Below are positions 31,901 through 43,439 of a DNA stretch of 64,000 nt, piece by piece. Below the pieces are notes generated by a model. That model was given only the letters and a program-made list of their open reading frames with translations. It was not told the DNA's origin and did not search any database. The DNA is from Heterodontus francisci. Its lineage: Eukaryota. The position numbers were made by a program, and so were the translations under genes. Position 1 is the first letter of the stretch. The number at the start of each line of letters is the position of its first letter. Where the stretch lies: the NCBI RefSeq assembly GCF_036365525.1, contig NC_090419.1, positions 13,082,001 through 13,146,000 of the forward strand. Reading direction: 5' to 3'.

Positions 31901-34900
31901 ATCCATCTTTCCCAGAGGTCTGTCAGTCGCCTTTCTCTCCCTCGATCAGGAGAAGGGGTTCGACAGGGTGGATCACGAATACCTGTTCGGGATTCTGCGC
32001 ACTTTCAGAGTCGGGCCGCATTTTGTGGCCCGGGTCCGACTTTTATACGCGGCCGCAGAGTGTCTAGTCAAGGTTAACGGGTCCTTGACGGCGCTCCTTC
32101 GCTTTGGGAGAGGAGTGCATCAGGGATGTCCCATGTCCGGCCAATTGTATACCATCTGCGTGCAGCCGATCTTGTGCCTGCTTTGCAGGAGGTTGACAGG
32201 ATTGGCTCTGCGCGAGCCGGCCATGCGGGTCGTCCTCTCGGCTTACGCCGATGACGTGCTCCTCACGGTCACAGATCCCGTTGACTTGCGGAGGATGGAC
32301 GACTGCCAGCAGACCTTTTCTGCCGCGTCCTCCGCGAGGATCAATTGGGAGAAATGTTCCGGACTCCTGGTTGGTCAGTGGCGGGTGGACTCCCTGCCGG
32401 AGGAGATGACACCTTTTGCGTGGAGCACCACGCACCTCCTCTATCTGGGAGTCCACCTTAGCCCCACTCAGGAAGCCTGGCCGGCAAACTGGCAGGAGTT
32501 GGAGGCGAAAGTCACCACTTGGCTGAGGTGCTGGACAGGACTGCACAGAGTGCTTTCCTTCAGGGGCCGAGCGCTGGTCATAAACCAACTGGTGTCCTCC
32601 ATGCTGTGGTACCGGTTGGTCACTTTGGCCCCGCCCCCTGCATTTGCCTCCAAGATCCAGAAGAAACTCGTCGATTTCTTCTGGGGCAAGAGGAAACACT
32701 GGGTCTCTGCCGCGGTCCTGAGTCTCCCGATCGAGGAGGGCAGCCAGTCGCTGGTGTGCGTCCGCACCCAGGCTGCGACTCTCCGCCTTCGGACCCTGCA
32801 GAGATACCTGTACGTCGAGCGTCCTCCCAGATGGTGTGCGCTGGCGACGTATTTTTTCCGCCGGGGCACTGCCTTCAAGACAACACGCAGCTCCCGGTGG
32901 AGTCCGTTAGCCGCGCCTCTCTGAGGGAGTTGCCTGTCTTTTACCGGGATTTATTCAGAGTCTGGAACATGGACGCCTCCAGTCAGGGCGCTCCCCTGCC
33001 AGCGGAGGAGAGCACCTCGGCTATCTGGGTGGCTGGCTCCGGGGATGGACCGGTGGGCGGAGGAGTAGCTGAAGCCCCCGGGATGCCCCTCACTGCGGGT
33101 GACGAGGGGGCTCGGGAGTGCGGCGCGCTCCCGGCCGAGCTGACCCCTACTTGGCCGGAACTGCTCATCAGACCTAGGCCCCGAAACCCTCCTTGGGAGC
33201 CGGTCCCGCACAACCCGAGCCGCCTCTCGGAAATGCCCTCCGTGCCATTCCAATCGGCCCGGAGGAGTTTCCTGTACGGGCTGCTCCTGCACACTCTCCA
33301 CTTCCTCGCCCTCGTCAGCCGGCAGGACACGCCCTGGCGGTCCGCGTTGCCATCTGACGGCGAGGGGAAGCCCTGATGGAGGTCTCTCTTCGCAGGAGTC
33401 CTCCCCCTTTACACTGGGGACCTGGGGTGGATGGTGTTGCACAGGGCAGTCCCGTGCAATAGACTTTTAAGTAGGTTCACGGACTCCCAGGCCACCTGTA
33501 ATTTCTGCGGCCTGGAAGAGTCCGTGTTCCATGTATATATGGAGTGTGCGAGTTTTCAGCCCCTCTTTCAGTATTTGAAGGGGCTGCTCCTCAAGTTCTG
33601 GCTGCACTTCAGTCCTACGCTCCTGATCTTTGGGCACCCGGTGCGTAGGGGCGTGGGCCGGGAGGAGGATCTCCTCGTCGGTCTGCTCCTGGGCCTGGCC
33701 AAGGTGGCAATTCACAGGTCCAGGTTGCAGGTCGTTGGGGAGTCCGTCCTCCCCGATTGCCTGCCCCTCTTCCGCGGTTACGTTCGCGCCCGGGTGTCCC
33801 TGGAGAGGGAGCATGCGGTGTCCGCCGGTACGCTTGAGGCCTTCCGCGACCGGGAGTGCATCGTCGACGCCGAGAATGGCATTTTAATTTGAGTTTTTTG
33901 TTGATTTATCTGTTTTTAATAAAGTTATTTTAAAAATATGTGTATAAAGGGGGCCTGAGGAATAAAGGCCCCCTCGACATAAAGAAAAAAAACGGGGTTA
34001 GATACAGAGTAAAGTTCCCTCTACACTGTCCCAACAATATGCCTCTGTCCGAAACACGTCCTTCATACAATTTTCTCTTCTCCCATCTCTCTGAGTGCAA
34101 ACTGACGCCCACTGGAAACCATCCCGGGACTTGCACTTAAATATCTATCAAAACACGCGGTCACACCCCGACACTGTGGGGTACACAGATCAACGGTAAC
34201 CATACCATCTGGCGCTCCGTCACAAACCACCAAGTCTGCGGCCTGACCCTCAAAATGCTTGATGATCTCCTGGGCTGTCGAAACCTACGAGACAGGAAGA
34301 GCTAAGTGGCCACAGTGTTTCGTGCGATGTGGGCCTCGCTGGCTAGGCCAGCATTTGTTGTCCATCCCGAATTGTCTTTAAGAAGGTGGTGGTGAGCTGC
34401 CTTCTTGAACCGCTACAGCCCGCGTGGGGTAGGTACACCCACAGTGCCGTTAGGGAGGGAGTTCCAGGATTTTGACCCAGCGACAGTGAAGGAACGGCCG
34501 ATATAGTTGCAGGTCAGGATGGTGTGTGGCTGGGAGGGGAACCTGCAGGTGCTGGTGTTCCCGTGCGTCTGCTGCCCTCGTCCTTCTAGGTGGTAGAAGT
34601 CGCGGGTTTGGGCGGCGCTGTCAAAGGAGCCTTGGCGAGTTGCTGCAGTGCATCTTGTAGATGGTGCTCACTGCTGCCACTGTGTGTCGGTGGTGGAGGG
34701 AGGGAGGGCATGTTTAAGCTGGTGGGAGTGATAACTCTCCACTTGGTTTCCCCAGATCTGTTGCACTGACATCCCAGAACCGGTACCTGAAAGGGGTGGT
34801 TTTCCTAGCCCCCCGACTGGCTGGTTGAGTTATGAGCTCGTCCGGGCCAATCCCGGGCATGTCCTGCCTTGGAATGCCAGGGCGGTGGGGCTACCACTGT

Positions 34901-37900
34901 CGCCTCTGGACCAAGGAGGCAAGTTAACATGATCGATGCGCCGTGCCTCCTGTCAGGCTCGGGCAGCATATCAGGACTGGATTGAAAGCCCCTCAGCACT
35001 CAACGGGGCACGGGCGCACAGACTGGTGACCTGAGCTCTTGCGTGCACTCGAGCTCACAAACATTTCTGAATGTGTCCCCTCCCCCGCCGCCCCCCCCCC
35101 CCCAACCCCAGGTTACCTTGGTGATGTCTCCCTGGATCTGGATGACCCCCGAGAGAGGAGCCATGGCCTGCAGATCCACGGCAACGATCTTGACTGGCGA
35201 GCTCGTGGGATCATCCCTCCTGTGAGTGGGACCAAAAAAAATTTAGACAAATCGGAAAGGGGGTGGGAAATGTGTTGGGGGGGGGGATGTTTGCTGAATA
35301 TCCCAACAAATCTCCAGCGGTGCCGGCCTCGGTTTGTCCAGGAGTTGGCAGCAACTTGGAAAACTCAGCTCCGCGGAGCCGCCTAGTGGCCAGGCCCTGC
35401 AACTGCACGGTGACGGTTGACATAGCAAAACTAACTCCGCTCTACAGAGCCGCCTAGTGGGCAGCCCCTGCAATTACACCGTGACGGCTGACATAGCAAA
35501 ACTAACTCAGCTCCACAGAGCCACCCAGTGGCCAGCCTCCTGCAGCGACACCGTGACAGTCTGCAGACAGGTTGGGCTAGAACGTGGCAGATGGAATACA
35601 ATGTAAGAAAGCTAAAAGAGGAGATATTTTTTTGAATGGTGAGTGTGAAATGTTTGCATTCAGAGGCTCCTGGGTATCCTTATACATGAATCCCAGAAAG
35701 TTAACATGCAGGTACAGCAAGCGATTAGGAAGGTAAATGGTACATTAGCCTTTATTACAAAGGGATTAAGGTACAAGAGTAAGGCAGTCTTAGTACTATT
35801 ACAAGGTATTAGTGAGACCACACCTGGAGTACTATGTGCAGTTTTGATCTCATTGCCAAAGGAAGGACATATTTGCCCCAGAAGGAGTGCAACGAAGGTT
35901 CACTAGACTGGTTCCTGGGATGAGGGGATTGTTCTATGAGGAGCAATCAAGGGAACTGGGCCTAAATTTCCTGGAGTTTAGCAGAATGAGAGGCGGTCTC
36001 ACTGAAACGTATAAAATTCTGAAGGGGTTTGACAGGGTAGATCCCGAGAGGCTGTTTCCCCTGGCTGGGGAACCTAGAACTTCCAATCGTCCCTGGCTAT
36101 TGGGAGAGGTGCCAGAGGATTGGCACGTGGCAAATGTGACACCCTTGTTCAAGAAAGGGTGTAAGAACAGTCCTGGCAACCACAGGCCAGTTAGTTTAAC
36201 ATCAGTGGTGGGCAAGGCTTTCGAACAATGATCAGGGAAAATTTCACGGAACACTTAGAAAGGTCCGAGTTCATTGAGGAGAGCCCGCACGGATTAGTAA
36301 AAGACAGATCAGGCTTGACTAATCGAATTGAATTTTTTGATGAAGTAACAGGGAAGATTGATGAAGAGTATGCGGTGGATGTTGTTTATGTGGACTTTAA
36401 GAAAGCTTTTGATAAGGTACCACATAAAAGGCTAGTTAGCAAAATGGAGGCTCAGGGAATAGCAGGGTCAGTGTCCAATTGGATAAAAAATTGGCTGAAG
36501 GACAGAAAACAGGGAGTTGTGGTAAACGGTTGTTTTTCAGACTGGAGGATGGTAGACAGTTGGGTTCCCCAAGGGTCAGTACTGGGACCACTGCTTTTTT
36601 TTACTTATATATAAATGACTTGGATCTTGGAATACAGAGTAGAATCTCAAAATTTGCCGATGATAGCAAACTTGGAGGAATGGCAAACAGTGAGGATGAT
36701 ATGAACTGCCTACAACAGGACATAGACAGGCTAGCAGAGTGGGCAGACAGGTGGCAGATGGAGTTTAATAGAGAGAAGTGTGAGGTGATGCATTTTGGCA
36801 GAAGGGATAGGGAGACTTAATGACACAGTTCTAAAGAGTGTGCAGTAACAGAGGGACCTGGGGGTGCATGTGAATTGATCTTTGAAGGTGGCGGGACAGA
36901 TTGAGAGAGTGGTTAGTAAAGCATACGGTATCTTGGGCTTCATAAATAGAGGCATTGAGTACAAAAGCCAGGAAGTTTTGCTGAACCTTTATAAAAGCTC
37001 TGGTTGGGCCCCAACTGGAGTATTGTGTCCAGTTCTGGTCACCACGCTTTAGGAAGGATGTGAACGTCCTTGAGAGGGTTGCAGAGGAGATTTACCAGAA
37101 TGGTTCCAGGGATGGAGGATTTTAGTGACAAGGGGAGATTGGAAAAGCTGGGGTTGTTCTCCTTAGAACAAAGGAGATTGAGGGGAGATTAAATAGAAGT
37201 GTACACGATTATGACAGGCTTAGATACATTAGACAAGGAAAAACTGTTCCCATTAACGAATGGTACAAGGACTAGGGGACACAGATTGAAGATTTTGGGT
37301 GAGAGATGCTGGGGACGGGGTGGGGGGATGTGAGGAAGAACTTATTTATGCAGTGAGTGGTAATGACCAGGAACCCGCTGCTCACAGACCTCAAGAGGAA
37401 ATTGGACGGCCACTTAAGAGAAATAGACTTGCAGGGCTACAGGGATCAAGTAGGACTGATTGGATAGCTCGGTGGAGAGCTGGCATGGACTCAATGGGCT
37501 GAACTGCCTCCTTCTATGCTGTAAATGACTCTAAGACTCTGTAACACGGGGTCACAGTCTCAGGGTAAGGGGTCGGACATTTCGGACTGAGGCGAGGAGA
37601 GATTTTGTCACTCAGCGGGTCGTGAATCGTGGGAATTCTCTGCCCCGGAGAGCTGTGGATGCTCAGTCGTTCGGGATATTCAATACTGGGATCGACAGAT
37701 TTTTGGGCAGTGAGAGAATGGAGGGAGAGAGCGGAGTCGAGGTAGGAGATCGGCCGCGAGCTTACGAAAGGGCGGAGCAGGCTCGAGGGGCCGAAGGGCC
37801 TCCTCCGACTCTAGTCCAAGTAGTTATACAGTTGCGCGGCACGGTTGCAATCGGGGGAAAGGCCCCTCGTCTGAGACTTACTTGAGTTTACGGCTCAGGA

Positions 37901-38587
37901 CCTGACTCCAGCTCCCAGGAGCAGCGCAGAGGTCGACGGCCCGACAAACGTCTGGGGGAAAGGAAACATCGATTTTACTCGCTTACGAGGATATCCGAAC
38001 AGCGCTGTTGAAACTTCCACGGCGTTCGGAAACGGCACGCCACCTGCTCCCCGTTCCGACAGACGGCCCCCGCACCAAACCCGCCGAGATTTGTAAACAC
38101 GGGATCTTCCTTTCCCTGTCAGCTCCCCCCGCTCAAAACCGCACCCCCCCCTCCCCCCCGCAACAAAAATACACCAGGTCACGACGGGGTGGATTCATTC
38201 CGCGATACGAGTTCCACGTGCATTCCCCCCCCCCCCCCCACCACCGCCTTCTGCAATTCCATTGGAAGCAGCTACAACGAGGCTGGGTGGAGCATTTTAA
38301 GGAGATGGCTTCCTCGGCCGCACCGTGCGCTGAGGTCCACCTTTCCCCCATCCGGGACCGTAAGCCTGACGTAATCTGGCGCCTAGGGATGATGGCGGAA
38401 AGGCAGGGGGGGGGGGGAAATGCGTAGCGGCGCAAATCGGCGGATCTTACAACGGAATTGCATTACCCTGGAAAAGATTGTACTCCTCGTCCAGCTGCAG
38501 CAGTTTAAAGGCGCTCCTCGCCCGCCACCCTTCCTCTTTCGCCAGGCGGTAATAAATGTCCCGTTTGTCCTTTGAAGAACGTCCCAT
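20000..38587 (-). CDS. FTSJ1: tRNA (cytidine32/guanosine34-2'-O)-methyltransferase FTSJ1/TRM7; exons 38587-38467, 37951-37882, 35219-35117, 34284-34206, 28114-28062, 27097-27044, 26420-26318, 21092-21009, 20743-20640, 20224-20000 (996 nt, 331 aa)
   Basis: [40 protein letters not shown]|[44 protein letters not shown]|..[10 protein letters not shown]|[18 protein letters not shown]|[18 protein letters not shown]|[24 protein letters not shown]|EAFVVC..|..[10 protein letters not shown]. The FtsJ/RrmJ K-D-K-E tetrad and SAM motif are intact; all junctions are GT/AG. Confidence 0.96.
20360..20560 (+). repeat. SINE-derived 33-bp minisatellite variant (FTSJ1 last intron)
   Basis: GCTGTCGGAGGGGCAGCATCGAGGGAGAGCCGC units. 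Confidence 0.8.
21470..23625 (+). mobile_element. 5'-truncated CR1-type LINE
   Basis: [30 protein letters not shown] and [11 protein letters not shown] motifs; 3' end GGCCTACTCCTGCTCCTAT. Confidence 0.9.
23715..26085 (-). mobile_element. 5'-truncated CR1-type LINE, relatively intact
   Basis: ORFs 24436-25248 ([37 protein letters not shown]) and 23923-24402. Confidence 0.92.
27360..27830 (+). mobile_element. CR1-type LINE 3' end
   Basis: Resembles the 3' ends of the other CR1 copies here; ends GGGCTGAATGGCCTGTTTCTGTGCTG. Confidence 0.7.
28292..28418 (-). repeat. 72-bp minisatellite, left part (interrupted by the Tx1-like element; resumes at 33992-34033)
   Basis: Reverse complement of the 17190-17846 unit. 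Confidence 0.9.
28419..33991 (+). mobile_element. Tx1-clade (L1 group) non-LTR retrotransposon, near full length, frameshifted and internally deleted; antisense in an FTSJ1 intron
   Basis: ORF1 remnants from ~29113 with a CCHC knuckle ([14 protein letters not shown]). ORF2 remnants: [56 protein letters not shown], and a C-terminal CNFC..H....C. AATAAA signals and an A-rich tail end at ~33991. Flanked by ACGGGG(G)TTAGA on both sides. Confidence 0.9.
35350..35560 (-). promoter_or_regulatory. Three ~71-bp tandem units, each with a CTCF-like site
   Basis: Minus-strand cores CCACTAGGCGGC (35389-35378, 35460-35449) and CCACTGGGTGGC (35531-35520), each preceded by TGCAG. Confidence 0.5.
35565..37810 (+). 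mobile_element. Nested CR1-type LINE fragments (36081-37540 inserted into an older copy)
   Basis: The RT motifs restart at 36081; the host copy resumes at ~37543 (ACACGGGGTCACAGTCTCAGG). Confidence 0.8.
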
Positions 38588-38589
38588 CT

Positions 38590-39490
38590 TCGCTCAGCAG
38601 CTGAAAGACACAACCTCCGGGCTTAGCACATTGCACAGCCACCACAATACAGCCTCTTCCACCGGCCCCTCGAGCCTCTTGCGCGCCATTCAGTAACATC
38701 ATCATCTATCTTGACTCCACTTTCCCGCCCTATCCCTCGATTCCCGCAACGCCCAAAAACCTATCCCATCTCCGTCTTCAATATACCCGACGACTGGGCA
38801 TCCACAGCACTCCGGAGTCGAGAATTCCAAAGATTCACAGCCCTCCGAGTGACGAATTCTCTCCCCAGCTCAGTCCGAAATGGTTGCCCCGTTATCCTGA
38901 GACTGTGATCCCCTGTTCTGGGCTCTACAGCCAGGAGGGGAAACAGCCTCTCGGCATCTATCCTGTCAAACCCCTTCAGAATTTTATACGTTTCAATGAA
39001 ATCGCCTCTCACTCTTCTAAACTCCAGGGAGTATCGGCCTGGTCTGCTCAATCTCTCCTCATAGGACAATCCCCCAATCCCAGGAAGCTGTCTGCTGAAC
39101 CTCCCGTGCACGCCCTCTAGTACAAATATGTCCTTCCATGGGTAAGGAGACCAAAACTGCACACAGTACTCCAGGTGTGGTCTCACCAATACCCTGTATA
39201 ATTGTAGTAAATCTTCTACCCCAATCCCTTTGTAATAAAGGCTAACGTCCCATTTACTTTCCTAATCGCTTGCTGTACCTGCATGTTAACTTTCTGGGAT
39301 CTATGTACAAGGCCACCCAGGTGCCTCTGGATGCAAACATTTCCCAGTCTCTCAGCATTTAAAAAATATTCTGCTTTTCTATTCTGCTGACCAAAACTGG
39401 ATAACTTAATATTTCCCCGTATTCTACATGGTTTGGCATCTTCCTGCCCAATCACCTAACCCCTCTAAGTCCTTCTGTAGCCTCTTGAAG
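38590..39490 (-). mobile_element. CR1-type LINE 3' fragment
   Basis: ORF 38761-39189 [19 protein letters not shown]. Confidence 0.85.
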
Positions 39491-40099
39491 AATCATCGAA
39501 CATTTATAGCAAAGACGGAGGCCATTCGGCCCTTTACGTCTATGCTTAGCTAGCTATCCTGCCTAATCCCCGTGCCCTCTCCCCCCCCCGCCCGACCTCT
39601 CTGCTAAGGGATGTGGGTCCTTCCGAACCACTCGGCCCCTCGTAATTCTATGCACCTCAATTAATTCTCCCCTCAGCCTATATTAAGTTTTCCTCGTAGC
39701 TAAAATTCTCCATCGCTGGCAACATCCTCTGTACACTCGCATAGTACCATCCCATCCGTCCTGCAAAGCCAGTGAACGGGTACCGTCCGCCGCACTTTAG
39801 CTGCGGTCCAGTTAGTGTTTCATACAGTTGCGGCATAACCTCGACTGCTCTTACATTCTGCGCCCTTGGCCAATATAGGAAGGTGTCGCCATTGACATCT
39901 TGGCCACCTCAATCTACCTTTGCCTCTCTCCCCCTCCCTCACTTTTATATTGCCTCCAAACCTCGCTGTCCTGCAACCCCGGCCCTGTCCACCCCCTGCC
40001 CAGATGCTGCCTGCTCCAATGAGTGCTTCCTGCCTTGCCCTAGCCTGAGTTGAGCAAAAGCCTGCTGGACTAGGCCAGGCAGCCATGTTGAGTGGCCCC

Positions 40100-40560
40100 C
40101 CTCACCCCTGCTGTCTTGCCCCGCTCTCTTGCGGCTGAGTAAGCGGCGCCCCACGCCCCGCCCCGCAAGGAGGACCCGGCCGCGCAGCCGTCTAACGCGC
40201 GCCTGAGTGACCTATCGACGCCCGTCCCAAAAAAAACGCACGGGAGAAGGATAAAAAGACGATTAAAATGTAAAAAATTGAGGGTTGGGGGAAAAGATAT
40301 CGTTAAAAAAAAAACAGCGTTTTTTTTTTGTTTTTCATGTGTGGTGGGGGAGTGGGGGGGGGGGAAAGTGACGAGAGGCTGCAGTACCGCCTGCGACCAG
40401 CGGGAGCTGCGGGGTGGCGCTATAGTGCAGGCGCGGCGGCCGCGGCGGGTTGGCGCCAAATCCCGCCCTCAACGCGCGCGCGCTCAATTTTAAACCGCGG
40501 CGACGGTTGGGCGCCGTCAAGATGGCGGCGGCAAGAAGGAGGAGGGTGGGGGATGGGCAC
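40100..40560. promoter_or_regulatory. CpG island, probable FTSJ1 promoter / non-coding first exon
   Basis: CpG-dense region 1.5-2 kb upstream of the FTSJ1 ATG exon, whose acceptor at ~38600 implies an upstream UTR exon. Contains an E2F-like TTGGCGCCAAA (40450-40460), a GCGCGCGC run, a YY1-type CAAGATGGCGGC (40518-40529) and a minus-strand GTGAG donor candidate at 40105-40101. Confidence 0.6.
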
Positions 40561-42269
40561 TGGATGGCCATGGGGAGGGGATTGTCAGGACAAGGCTAAT
40601 GATTTCCCCTTCAGGTTTTTTTTTAGAAACAAAACAATGGCCCCATTTCAGGGGTGTTTCAAAGGCTTGCCCTCCTCTGCGGCAGTTGGCAAGCCCTTCG
40701 GCATCGCCGGTGCCCACCCTGACCTTGCCAACTGCACCCCGCCAAAATGTTTCACCCTCCTTTTATTTCCCCCCTTACGCACCTATGACTCAGGCCAATT
40801 ACTAGTTATTTTCCCCCATTACTTTTTAAAAAATATTTCGGGTTGCTATGACCCGTGGCATTAAAAGGATGCCTACTTGTGTGAGGCACCCCACAGTTGA
40901 ATACCCTTCCCTCCCCAGCCAGACTTGCTGGTGAAGAATGGGCACCCCAGGTCCGAGTATCAGGCCACCCTCATCCCATGCGTCTGAGGAATCCCATCGA
41001 TAGTCACGCCTTCAGGAGAGATAGGGAAAACACTGGCGCAAATAGGAAGATTTACAGGCCACCGCAGATATGAACTCCCCCCCCCCCCCCCCACCACAAC
41101 CCTCGCCATTCCTCAGTCTCCCTTTCCTCGCTGCCTTTTGTCCCAAGTTCCCATTTCAAGTATTGGATGGTAAAACCGGAGGGATTTATACAGCGGTGGC
41201 CCCCAGATGCGGTATTAGAACCACTGCTCTTTTTGATTATATATTGATGACCTGGATTTGGGAAGACGGGGCATCATTTCCAAACTCGGAAACGCAGTGA
41301 AGGGGATAGTAAATGACTTCAGAAGAACGTGGGTTGACCAGTGAGATGGGCAGACATATGGCAGCTGCAGTTTAACACTGAGAAGTGTGAACTCATCGAT
41401 GTTGGTCGGATGAGGAGAGAAATATAAACTTAAGTGGTACAGAGTGTGTACGCACACAAAGGGGGGGGGAGATTAGGAGAATTTTTTTTGACGAGTTATT
41501 GTGATCTGGGAACGCGCTGATAGAAAGGAAGCAGATTCAATAGTAACATTCAAAAGGAGAATCGGAGAAATACTTGAAGCTAAAGCATTTGCGGATCGGT
41601 GGGAGAGGAGCAGGGGGACGCGACAGATCCTGCTTACGAAAGCCTACTTCATCTTGTCGCAATTTAACATTGATGGTCTTCCTATTCGAAACTGCTCATG
41701 TCCACATTTACAATGGGAACTGCCTATGTAAACATGTCACGCTGTAATGACACCTACCCGCCAACAGCAGTGCTAGAGAGCCTCAGCCTGGTCTGCAGAG
41801 AAACTCAAGTTTTCCAGTTTATCTGCTTAACTCGTTAACAATTTTCCGATTCAAACACTTAAAGCAATGGCAGAATGAATGAGTTTGGAAAAGCAACTTA
41901 ATATTGTCTATGAACCCCAGTTCTTGGCACATCTTCCGGATAATTGCTTCCTAAGTCTGTCTGTGACCTGCGGAAATGCCCCACCACCACCACCAACAAC
42001 AACTTGCATTTAGCTAGCACTTTTAGCATCCCAGGCGAGTCTTACCAAGCAAAAATTTGATACCGACGATAGCAGTCACCTTACAAGTTCTCGCACTCTC
42101 CCTCGCTCTCCCCTTATGAGTCCATTCCTGGAAACAGGAAGTGAAAAGATCGGTCAGTCCGACAGTCAACCAGCTACAAACTATTCCTTGCGCAGTCTTC
42201 TCACTAGAGGGCAGGATGTGCTTGTAAATGACATTCTTACCACAGTCTGTCAACACAGAGAGAGAAAAA

Positions 42270-42810
42270 AAGACTTGCATTTACGTAGCGCCTTTCCTGC
42301 CCAGCGGACATCCCCAAGTGCTTTACGGCCAATTGAAGTGCGGTCGCTGTCGTAATGCGGGAAACGCGACTTCCGATTTGTGCACAGCAAGCTCCCACAA
42401 ACAGCAATGTGATAATGACCCAGATTGTCCGTTTTTTTTTGTGATGTTGCTTGTGGGATAAATACTGGCCCCAGGACACCGGTGAGAACTCCCCCGCCAC
42501 CACCACTGTTCTTCCAATAGTGGCCCTGGGATCTTTTACGTCGACCTGGGAGGGCAGATGGGGCCTTGTTTTAACATCTCGTCTGAAAGACTGCACTTCC
42601 GACGGTGCGGCTCCCTAAGTACTGTCCCCTCTGGCAGTGCGGCGCTCCCTAAGTACTGACCCTCCGACAGTGTGGCGCACCCTCAGTACTGACCCTCCGA
42701 CAGTGCGGTGCTCCCTCAGTACTGACCCTCCGACAGTGTGGCGCTCCTTCAGTACTGCACGGGAGTGTCAGCCTGGATTTCGTGCTCAAGTCCCGAAGTG
42801 GGACAAGCTG
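42270..42810 (-). mobile_element. DeuSINE (SacSINE1-like) with a short 33-bp expansion
   Basis: Reverse complement of the Deu-domain body and its ..AAATGCAAGTCTTT tail. Confidence 0.75.
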
Positions 42811-43439
42811 CTGACTCTGAGGTGTGGTTTCTGGGTTCCAAGTATAATGTTGACCGTGACAGGCATTCCACCTTGTCCTCAACTGTTGAACTGGAGGGCA
42901 CAGTCTGTGCTCGAAGGGTGGTAAATGCAGAACTAATCTGCAGGTAAGATATTTCAGTGAGTGGTCAAACTGCGGAACACACATCCGAGAGTGTTGGCGG
43001 ATGCCGTGATTTTCGATGCGCTCAAATTAGATAGATTTCTTTGATGAAATGGTTCCCAAAGCTCTCCACCACTTGTGGAGTTCTCTTGCCATCTCTGGGT
43101 GGGTCTGTTGCAGAACTGGTAAGGGATTAGTCACCTCAATTAATCAACAATCATCGGTGCGGCAATTCTTATTTTCCTGTGTAAAACCCGGCCTGCTACA
43201 TTCCCATGTTCTTGACGTGTGTCCTAGATTGAGGGAAAACACCCAAGCAAATCCAGCCCTCCAAAAAGGAAGTAGATTCAGGAATAAATAAAGAATAATA
43301 AAACCACAGGTATGGGGGAAGAAAAAGTCCCTTTCTCAAGTGACGGAAAGTGTCAAAAAAAATTCTTTGCATTGTAAACGAGCTGTATTTACGAAGGATC
43401 CTTTACTCTCAGTGGAGGGGCAAATTGCCCCAAAACAGC

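Noticed and set aside
40521-40600. Plus-strand ATGGCGGCG as the start of a divergent gene
   Set aside because: The frame closes after ~25 codons and no convincing downstream exons were found; better explained as a YY1 motif.
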